A stretch of DNA of 64,000 nt, taken from NCBI GenBank assembly GCA_018333995.1, contig JAGXSG010000032.1, positions 204 through 64,203 on the forward strand. Reading direction: 5' to 3'. This DNA comes from Clostridiales bacterium (lineage in GTDB: Bacteria; Actinomycetota; Coriobacteriia; Anaerosomatales; SLCP01). The number at the start of each line of letters is the position of its first letter. Within the stretch, counting starts at the first letter, position 1. The notes below the pieces were generated by a model. The model saw only the letters and a list, made by a program, of their open reading frames with translations. It did no database searches and was not told the origin of the DNA. Of the stretch, positions 27,783-35,074 are shown in pieces. Made by a program: the position numbers and the translations under genes.

Positions 27783-27791
27783 AGGCGTATT

Positions 27792-28469
27792 CTACCACGC
27801 GCGAGCGACGGCGCCGACGCGTACCTCATCAGCACCGGCGGCAAGAAGCGCTCCTGCCGCGGTGTCGAGCGTTGCGCCTGTGGTCATCACGTCGTCGACT
27901 AGAAGCACCTTCGCGGGCACGTGCACGCCTGGCATAACCGTGAACGCGCCCGCCACGTTCTGCGCGCGCTCAACCCTGCCGAGCCGACGTTGATCACGTG
28001 CGGGTCGTACACTGAGCGCCCGAATGGCAACGGTATCCAGTTCGCGGGCCACTCTCTCGGCCAGCATGTACGTGTGATCGAAACCACGCGTCCTGAGAGC
28101 GTGCGGTGACGCCGGTACCGGCACTACCGCATCGGGCCATCCACTCCAGACCGAAAGGTCTGCCGCAAGCGCCTCTCCCAGTACCCGCCCGAGCCTTCGC
28201 TCACCCGCGTCCTTGTACAGTGTCATGCAGCGCGCAAGAGGATGCTCAAGCGAGCCGAAGCACACGGACGCCGAGAAGGCCAGCTCTCTGTGCCAGCACT
28301 CGGTGCACACGAGGTGTCCGAACGGGGCTCCGCACCGGACGCACGCGCTTGCGCGCTCAATTTGCGGAAGCGCCGCGTGGCACGAACCGCACAGCACCTG
28401 GCCGGGCATGTCGCACCCGGCACACCGGGTGGGGCAGAGAAGCTCGAGCAAACCTTCCAGCAAGCCCAC
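27792..28469 (-). CDS. comFC: ComF family protein (ComFC-like phosphoribosyltransferase-fold protein)
   Basis: N-terminal double CxxC zinc ribbon (CPTRCAGCD...CGSC...CVRCG...CTEC). C-terminal PRT motif LLVDDVMTTGATL. Confidence 0.8.
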   Translation of the reverse strand: MGLLEGLLELLCPTRCAGCDMPGQVLCGSCHAALPQIERASACVRCGAPFGHLVCTECWHRELAFSASVCFGSLEHPLARCMTLYKDAGERRLGRVLGEALAADLSVWSGWPDAVVPVPASPHALRTRGFDHTYMLAERVARELDTVAIRALSVRPARDQRRLGRVERAQNVAGAFTVMPGVHVPAKVLLVDDVMTTGATLDTAAGALLAAGADEVRVGAVARAW

Positions 28470-28500
28470 AGACGCCCACTCCTTCTCAGCGGGCGCGACA

Positions 28501-29415
28501 TCAATACATGAGCACCTGCATAAGCGGGATACTCACCACCGACGCGACGGTGGTAGCGACGACCGCCGACGCGAGGAACCCGGTGTCGAGCCCGAAACGC
28601 GTCCCGAACACGATCGACAACATCATGACCGGCATCCCCGCTTGGAGAACCGCCAACCGGAGCGCATCTACATCGCCAAGCAGGAACGATCCCGCAGCGA
28701 ACGCGATCAACGGAGAAAACACCAGTTTCACCACTGCAAGACAAACAAGCGCGCGCTTGTGCTCGGTAAGTCGCCTGAGCCGTAGCGTGAGACCGACCGA
28801 GATCATGATGAGCGGCACGACCAGAGTAGCAAGAGCGTCTATCCCAGAACTGACCGCACTCGGAATCTCCACTGAACGCAGCGCGAGCGCAGCCGCCAGT
28901 GCGATGACCCCCGGGAAAGTGAGCACCTCGCGCAAGGGGTTGGGAGGCGGACCGTCCTGTGCGCCGAAGCGAGATGCGACGTACACACCGACGGTCAGAA
29001 GCGCCCCAACCGTGCCAAAGATATCGTAGAAGATCGCTCGGACGAGACCTGTCTCTCCTAAGAGCGCCTGCGCGACCGGATAGCCGATGTAGCCCGTGTT
29101 GCCAAGACCGGCGAACACGATCAAACCGCCCGCTATCCTCCCCGGTAGGCGCAGTAACCGCGAAAGCACGAACGCGACGAGCGCCGATGCGGCAAACGCC
29201 GTCCACGCGACAAGAGCGATAGCCGGAAGCTCGGGACCCAGCTTGGCGCCGTGAATCGAACTGAACACCAGAGCGGGTAGACCCGCGTAGACGATGACCG
29301 CGTGGATGGGGCGCGCGTCGGAACTCGTGAGCACTCCGGCCACGCGGAGTGCCCATCCAACCGCCACCAGGCCGAGCAGCGTCGCGATGATTCGCGCAAG
29401 CTCGACCGCGTCCAT
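28501..29415 (-). CDS. AEC (auxin efflux carrier) family transporter
   Basis: 304 aa with about 10 TM segments. N-terminus ...PIHAVIVYAGLPALVF.... Two-repeat membrane architecture typical of AEC/Mleb-type permeases. Confidence 0.75.
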   Translation of the reverse strand: MDAVELARIIATLLGLVAVGWALRVAGVLTSSDARPIHAVIVYAGLPALVFSSIHGAKLGPELPAIALVAWTAFAASALVAFVLSRLLRLPGRIAGGLIVFAGLGNTGYIGYPVAQALLGETGLVRAIFYDIFGTVGALLTVGVYVASRFGAQDGPPPNPLREVLTFPGVIALAAALALRSVEIPSAVSSGIDALATLVVPLIMISVGLTLRLRRLTEHKRALVCLAVVKLVFSPLIAFAAGSFLLGDVDALRLAVLQAGMPVMMLSIVFGTRFGLDTGFLASAVVATTVASVVSIPLMQVLMY

Positions 29416-29424
29416 CTGCCGCGC

Positions 29425-30660
29425 CTATCCCCGGCGGATCTCGTTGAGCGCGCCCGCTCCGGCGCACGCTTCGACAAGCGACGCAGCGAACTCCGGCCGA
29501 GCCACCCCGCACTCGGTGATGATAGCGGTCACATACGACGCGGGGGTAACGTCGAACGCCGGATTGTACACTGGCACCTCCGGGGGCGCCATCCTGAACC
29601 AGCCATCAAAGTGGTACGCACCGCCCTTGCGTGATATCTGCATCTGGTGGCCTCGCGCAATCGGCAGATCGTACGCACCGTGCTCGGTGAGCGAATCGAA
29701 CGCGGCTGCGGCGATAGGGGACTCGGCGGTAAAAGTCCCCGAGACCGTAAACCCCGTCACCTCGCGCTCATCACGCTCTTCGATGACGATTCCGTCGCCG
29801 CTCGCGAGCGTGAGATCGACAGTTGACGTGGGAGCCGCCACGTAAAACGGGATACCATGCTCTTTGGCAAGCACCGCAAGTCCGTACGTTCCGATCTTGT
29901 TTGCGACGTCACCGTTTGCGGCTATGCGATCAGCCCCGACGATGACAGCGTCAACGGCCCCGGCCCGCATGACATGGGCGGCCATGCTGTCGGTGATGAG
30001 TGTGTGCGGAATGCCGGCGACACGAAGCTCCCACGCCGTGAGACGCGCACCTTGAAGCACGGGACGGGTCTCGTCGACCCATACACCTGCGACCTTGCCC
30101 TGCTCGGCGGCGGTGAAGATCACGCCGAGCGCGGTGCCAAAGTAAGCGGTGGCAAGCGAGCCAGCGTTGCAGTGCGTCAAGATGCGCGAACCGGGCGTGA
30201 TCAGCTCGGCGCCGTTCAAGCCGATGGCGCGGTTGCGCGCCTCGTCTTCCGACTGCATCGCAAGCGCTTCGGTCACGAGAAGATCCTTGAGCGCATCGAG
30301 TGGTAAATCCGCGTTGTCGTGAGCGGCCGCCCTCATCCGCTCCGCGCCCCAGAAAAGATTGACCGCGGTGGGCCGCGTCGCGGTGATCTCGGCGGCCACC
30401 TGATCGAGGGCGGCAAGAAACTCGTCTGCCGTCTCAAGGTGGTCTGATTCGGTCACGATCCAAAGCGCGATCCCGAGAGCGGCGGCGACACCAAGCGCGG
30501 GCGCCCCGCGCACCGCAAGCGAGCGGATGGCCGTGCACACGCCTTCATAGCGGTTGCACACGAGCACATCACCCACGAGCGGCAGGCGCGTCTGGTCGAC
30601 GAGCCTGACCGTGCCGTCCTCCCACCAGATGGTGCGGGGCATGTTGTCGAGGTTAGCCAT
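29425..30660 (-). CDS. mtnA: S-methyl-5-thioribose-1-phosphate isomerase
   Basis: WWEDGTVRLVDQTRLP at the N-terminus, VRGAPALGVAAA and VGADRIAANGDVANKIGTYGLA (eIF-2B alpha/beta/delta-like family). The start was set at the ATG at 30660. Confidence 0.88.
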   Translation of the reverse strand: MANLDNMPRTIWWEDGTVRLVDQTRLPLVGDVLVCNRYEGVCTAIRSLAVRGAPALGVAAALGIALWIVTESDHLETADEFLAALDQVAAEITATRPTAVNLFWGAERMRAAAHDNADLPLDALKDLLVTEALAMQSEDEARNRAIGLNGAELITPGSRILTHCNAGSLATAYFGTALGVIFTAAEQGKVAGVWVDETRPVLQGARLTAWELRVAGIPHTLITDSMAAHVMRAGAVDAVIVGADRIAANGDVANKIGTYGLAVLAKEHGIPFYVAAPTSTVDLTLASGDGIVIEERDEREVTGFTVSGTFTAESPIAAAAFDSLTEHGAYDLPIARGHQMQISRKGGAYHFDGWFRMAPPEVPVYNPAFDVTPASYVTAIITECGVARPEFAASLVEACAGAGALNEIRRG

Positions 30661-30661
30661 A

Positions 30662-31921
30662 TCAGACGGTGCCTTCCTGCCACGAGGCAAGGTATCGCTC
30701 CTGCTCAGCGGTGAGAGTGTCGATCACGATCCCCATCGTCGCCAGTTTGAGCGCAGCGATCCTCTCGTCGATGTCGCGCGGAACCGGGTGAACGCCGGGC
30801 TCAAACGAGGCGGCGTTTCTAGCCATGTACTCCGCGGAAAGCGCCTGGTTCGCAAAGCTCATGTCCATGACGCTCGCCGGATGACCTTCGGCGCACGCGA
30901 GGTTAACGAGCCGACCGTCGGCGAGCAGGTAGATGAGCCGGCCGTCGGGCATGGTGAACTCTTCGACGAGCGGCCGCACCTCGCGTGTTGCGACGGCATT
31001 ATTGCGTAGGTGAGCGATGTTGATCTCGACATTGAAGTGTCCCGAGTTGCAGATGATGGCGCCGTCTTTGAGCGTCTCGAACATCGGCGCGTCGATTACA
31101 TTGATGTCGCCGGTCACCGTGACCCAGATGTCACAGTGGGCCGCCGCCTCGACCGCAGGCATAACGCGGTAGCCGTCCATCACGGCCTCAAGCGCGCGGA
31201 GCGGGTCGACCTCACAGACGATGACGTTGCCGCCCAACCCGCTCGCGCGCATTGCGACCCCGCGGCCGCACCATCCGTACCCCGACACCACCACCGTGCG
31301 CCCAGCGACCAGACGGTTGGTGGCCCGGATAATCCCGTCGATCGTGGACTGTCCAGTGCCGTAGCGGTTGTCGAAGAGGTGCTTTGTCTCGGCGTCGTTG
31401 ACGGAGATGATCGGGTACTTGAGCGCTCCGTCAGCAGCCATCGCCTTCAGGCGGATCACGCCGGTCGTGGTCTCTTCGGTCCCGCCGATGATGTCTTCGA
31501 GCGCCTCGGGCTTCTCGGCATGGATGCGACCCACCACGTCCGCGCCGTCATCCATCGTGATGTGCGGACGGTGGTCGATCGCCGCATCGATGTGCGCGTA
31601 GTACGTGGCGGTATCCTCACCTTTGATCGCGTAGGTACGGATTCCGTAGTGCTCGACAAGCGCGGCGGCGACGTCATCTTGCGTCGAAAGCGGGTTGCTC
31701 GCGCACAGCACGCACTCCGCGCCACCAGCGGCGAGGGTGCGCATGAGGTTCGCGGTCTCGGTGGTCACGTGCAAACACGCCGAGATGCGCATGTTTTCAA
31801 GGGGCTTTTCGGCGGCGAACCGCTCGCGGATGCTCGCGAGGACCGGCATGTCGTGGTCGGCCCATTCGATCCGGGCCTTGCCGGTTCCGGCGAGCGCGGG
31901 GTCCTTGATGTGATGGAGCAT
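30662..31921 (-). CDS. ahcY: Adenosylhomocysteinase
   Basis: Contains [29 protein letters not shown], the NAD site [12 protein letters not shown] and NSGHFNVEI. Confidence 0.95.
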   Translation of the reverse strand: MLHHIKDPALAGTGKARIEWADHDMPVLASIRERFAAEKPLENMRISACLHVTTETANLMRTLAAGGAECVLCASNPLSTQDDVAAALVEHYGIRTYAIKGEDTATYYAHIDAAIDHRPHITMDDGADVVGRIHAEKPEALEDIIGGTEETTTGVIRLKAMAADGALKYPIISVNDAETKHLFDNRYGTGQSTIDGIIRATNRLVAGRTVVVSGYGWCGRGVAMRASGLGGNVIVCEVDPLRALEAVMDGYRVMPAVEAAAHCDIWVTVTGDINVIDAPMFETLKDGAIICNSGHFNVEINIAHLRNNAVATREVRPLVEEFTMPDGRLIYLLADGRLVNLACAEGHPASVMDMSFANQALSAEYMARNAASFEPGVHPVPRDIDERIAALKLATMGIVIDTLTAEQERYLASWQEGTV

Positions 31922-31982
31922 CGTAATCGTTCCCTTTCAGTAGATCCCTGTCCAGGTGTGGCAAGTAGGCCCGTACAGGGTA

Positions 31983-32816
31983 TCAGGTCGCCTCGCACGC
32001 CACCGAGACGAGCGCGGTGACGAGAGTCGCCATACGGGCCGCCCCGGCCTCGCCTGCGGCGAGCACGGCCTCATGGCCACCGTCATCGTGAGCGCCAGCC
32101 GTGTTAGTGATGAGCGAGAGCGCCACCACGCGCACTCCGGCGTGTCGCGCCGCGATCGTCTCGAACACCGTCGACATACCCACCGCGTCAGCTCCAAGGC
32201 GGGTGAGCGCCGCGACCTCCGCCGGCGTCTCGAACGCCGGTCCAAGGACGCCGGCGTATACACCCTCCGCGTACGGGATTCCCTCACGTTGGGCCACCGC
32301 ACGTGCGTGTGCGCGAAGGTCCTCATCGTATGCGCCGGCCATCACCGGAAACCGCGGACCCAGGTTGTCAATGTTTGGCCCCGCAAGCGGGCTCGTGCCG
32401 GTAAGGTTGATGTGATCCGAGATTCCCATAATGTCGCCTGCGCACAGCTTCGGAGCCAGACCGCCTGCCGCGTTGGTCAACACGAGCGCCTCTACGCCGA
32501 GCCTGATGAGCGTGCGCACCGGGTGGACAACGACGTGTGGCTCGTGCCCTTCGTAGAGGTGCACGCGACCCCTCATCACCACACTCTCCACTCCGCCGAC
32601 ACGGGCAAACGCGAGCGAGCCGACGTGCCCTTTGACGCCGGAAACGGCGAAACCAGGTATCTGGGAGTAGTGAACCTCTTCGACATCAGCCGCCGCATCG
32701 ATGACGCCGCCGAGTCCCGAACCGAGCACGACGCCCACCTTCGGGCGCCTGCGGCCCGCCAGACCAGTGAGAGAGGCGACCGCCTCATCGAGCACCCGCT
32801 CAATACCTTCCCTCAT
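31983..32816 (-). CDS. punA: Purine nucleoside phosphorylase, PunA-type (trimeric PNP family)
   Basis: Contains VLGSGLGG, GHVGSLAF, MRGRVHLYEGH, LTNAAGGL and VGMSTV. The ATG at 32816 has an AAGGAG RBS; a GTG at 32825 is also possible. Confidence 0.85.
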   Translation of the reverse strand: MREGIERVLDEAVASLTGLAGRRRPKVGVVLGSGLGGVIDAAADVEEVHYSQIPGFAVSGVKGHVGSLAFARVGGVESVVMRGRVHLYEGHEPHVVVHPVRTLIRLGVEALVLTNAAGGLAPKLCAGDIMGISDHINLTGTSPLAGPNIDNLGPRFPVMAGAYDEDLRAHARAVAQREGIPYAEGVYAGVLGPAFETPAEVAALTRLGADAVGMSTVFETIAARHAGVRVVALSLITNTAGAHDDGGHEAVLAAGEAGAARMATLVTALVSVACEAT

Positions 32817-32821
32817 GCCGC

Positions 32822-33871
32822 TCACTCCTTCACCATCGAATAGATCTCGTCAAGAATCACTTGCCGATTCTCGGCCAGCCATCCCGGCACCTGACTCTTT
32901 CGACGTATCGGGATGTCTTCCGGCGAGTAGACGCGAGAAAGCGCACCGCGCGCGACGAGATCAGCATCGACCGCTCCCATCGTTCCGGCGAACACCGTGT
33001 ACGCCGGCGTGCCGAGCGCAACCGCCTCGCGATTCATCGTGCCACCCGCCGAGACAACCATATCCGCAGCGGTGATGAGCGAAGGTCCGTCAAGCACGCG
33101 ATCAAGGATGATCGCGTTTGAAGGCAGCGCGCGCGCGAGATCCTCGCGCTGTTCTGGGGTGCGGGGCACAATGACCATCCGCACCCGCTCATCGGTGCCG
33201 AGACGGGCGATGACTTGCGTGAACAAGTCGTTGTCCATCGGATGGTACGCCGACATCGTGGCAGGAGGGCGCACCACCGCAAGCACCGCATCTTCAGGGA
33301 TGCCGAGTAGCCCGCGCACATCCTGTGCCTTGCCGCTGGCGGGTGATAGGTAGACGTGCTCCTTGAGACCGGGAAAGTGTCCCACCTTCTTTGGATGCGC
33401 GCCGTGCGCCACGATCGCCTCCGCCGGGATCGCCTCCGGCACGAGAATGCGTGTAGCGAGCCGCGCGTTGACGGCGTAGCTCAGATTCGCGTGCTCATAG
33501 TCGTGCACGATGAGGTGCGGCAATCGCAAGAGCCACGCCGCAACGGCAAGGTCGTTTGAGTTGTGGCTGAACGCGACGTCAAAGCGTCCGCGCGCGCCAA
33601 ACATCACAAGGGCGATCGAACGGCTCACGAGTCCCCACGCCTTTTTCACGCGGCTCTTGCCCCTGTGCCTGCCGATCAGATGATGCTCGATGTTCTTGGC
33701 GTTAAGCAGGCCGACGGTCTGAGCGTAGTCGCGGGCGGTCACTTCGACCTCGTGCCCAGCCGCGCGGAGTTCCTCAACGAGGGGTTCAAAGAACAGGACG
33801 TGCGGTGAATTGGTGATGTCGATCCATACGCGCACCGGGCAGGCCCTACCTTCCTCTCGCGCGGGTGTCAA
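32822..33871 (-). CDS. DUF354 family protein (GT-B-like fold, function unknown)
   Basis: VWIDITNSPHVLFFEPLVEEL... is a typical DUF354 N-terminus. The C-terminal half resembles a glycosyltransferase/epimerase. The start is uncertain (TTG 33871 or GTG 33835). Confidence 0.65.
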   Translation of the reverse strand: MTPAREEGRACPVRVWIDITNSPHVLFFEPLVEELRAAGHEVEVTARDYAQTVGLLNAKNIEHHLIGRHRGKSRVKKAWGLVSRSIALVMFGARGRFDVAFSHNSNDLAVAAWLLRLPHLIVHDYEHANLSYAVNARLATRILVPEAIPAEAIVAHGAHPKKVGHFPGLKEHVYLSPASGKAQDVRGLLGIPEDAVLAVVRPPATMSAYHPMDNDLFTQVIARLGTDERVRMVIVPRTPEQREDLARALPSNAIILDRVLDGPSLITAADMVVSAGGTMNREAVALGTPAYTVFAGTMGAVDADLVARGALSRVYSPEDIPIRRKSQVPGWLAENRQVILDEIYSMVKE

Positions 33872-33916
33872 CGCAACCGCGCAAGTATATCAGGCAAGAC
33901 GCGATGAGAGCCGGTG

Positions 33917-34975
33917 TCACCGGCCCCCGTTCCCAGGACCGAGCGCTTCGAGCATCCGCACCACGGTGCGTTCGAGGAGCCAGCGGCGCTCAGCGACAAT
34001 CGGGCGCTCCCACTTCTCGGCCGCCTCCTGGAAACGCATGTCACCCGTCAGCGCGGCAAGTGCGAGCAGCTGCGATATGTGAAGCCGGTAATACCCGCGC
34101 GCCCAAGCCTCCTCGACAGTAAGTTGATACCGGATCCACCCGTCTTGTTCATAACGATGCAGGTTGTCGGCAAGCGTCTCCGAGACGTCCTCGAACAGCC
34201 GAGCGACACGCTCGTCACCAGTCGCCTGCATCAGGTCGTAGAGACCGAACAGTGAAAAGATCATCCCGTTGAGCACATGACTCGGGGGCTCCTCGGGGTA
34301 CTCTTCGAGCCAGACGCCTCCCGAGTCATCGATGTACATCACGCCGCCCTCGTCAAAAGTGCGCGAGAGGGGTTCGAACGCCAGCCGGGCGGCCTCGAGA
34401 TACCGCTCATCATCTGACTCGTAGTACGCGCGCACCAGTACTGAGATAGCCTGACCCTGGGCCATCCCGGAAAGCCACGGGGCGAAGAGATCCCTGCCAG
34501 GGAGATCGAACTCGTAGTAGATCCCCCCGTCCGAAGCCATATTCTCCACGAGCCAATCCGCCTGGATGAAAAAAGCATCGAGGGAGCGATCCTCGCCATT
34601 TAGGTACTCGCCATAGAGCGCGAGCCCGTACTGGGCGGTCGTGATCGGGTTGTACGCCCGGGGCTCGTTGGCACCCGCGACTGGATTCGTAGCGTAATCA
34701 ACTACCGGGACACCACGCGCATCGAGGGGAGGATCGGCATAAACTCCCTTCCGGACACCCTTAGCGATGTTGCTCATGTCGATGAAGTAGTGTCGCGGCC
34801 GCGCCGAGTCGTAATCCACCAGCACGGGAGGTTGATAACCCACCGAACGAGCAATCGCCAGCCGTTCGAGATCGGTCTCGAGCAGACGGGGCTGAGCCCA
34901 TGCCATCGCCGATAGCGCCGCGAGCACGAGCGCCAACATACCGCAGATGATCCAGATGACGCGTGCACGTGACAT
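33917..34975 (-). CDS. D-glucuronyl C5-epimerase family protein with N-terminal signal-anchor
   Basis: WLSGMAQGQAISVLVRAYYES, WLEEYPEEPPSHVLNGMIFSLFGLYDL and YYRLHISQLLAL closely parallel the conserved C-terminal blocks of animal heparan GLCE (MAQGQAIS...; EEYP...VLNG...GLYDL; H..QL.LL). One N-terminal TM segment follows a basic stretch. The start was set at the ATG at 34975. Confidence 0.8.
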   Translation of the reverse strand: MSRARVIWIICGMLALVLAALSAMAWAQPRLLETDLERLAIARSVGYQPPVLVDYDSARPRHYFIDMSNIAKGVRKGVYADPPLDARGVPVVDYATNPVAGANEPRAYNPITTAQYGLALYGEYLNGEDRSLDAFFIQADWLVENMASDGGIYYEFDLPGRDLFAPWLSGMAQGQAISVLVRAYYESDDERYLEAARLAFEPLSRTFDEGGVMYIDDSGGVWLEEYPEEPPSHVLNGMIFSLFGLYDLMQATGDERVARLFEDVSETLADNLHRYEQDGWIRYQLTVEEAWARGYYRLHISQLLALAALTGDMRFQEAAEKWERPIVAERRWLLERTVVRMLEALGPGNGGR

Positions 34976-35074
34976 AGGGACACGACCTTTCGGGGTGCGC
35001 AAGTGCAAGACCAGCAAGTTCACCGTATCGGAGCCGCTTAGTGCGAGTCAAGACGGTCAGGCGCACCGTCGGCA

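Noticed and set aside
27527-27791. Assignment of the structured leader to a known class (T-box, lysine, glycine, SAM-I, ykkC/guanidine-I, ydaO/c-di-AMP).
   Set aside because: Only short partial resemblances were seen (UAGGGGUAAGCCGUACCGCC versus the T-box core; GCCGAAAGGAC versus the glycine-riboswitch AAAGGAC). The order and spacing of elements do not fit any of these models. It is kept as an unknown-class candidate instead.
28223-29512. 429-aa minus-strand ORF spanning comFC, the AEC transporter and the mtnA end.
   Set aside because: It is an alternative frame of three well-supported genes. The product is extremely Arg/Gly/Ala-rich with no domain features.
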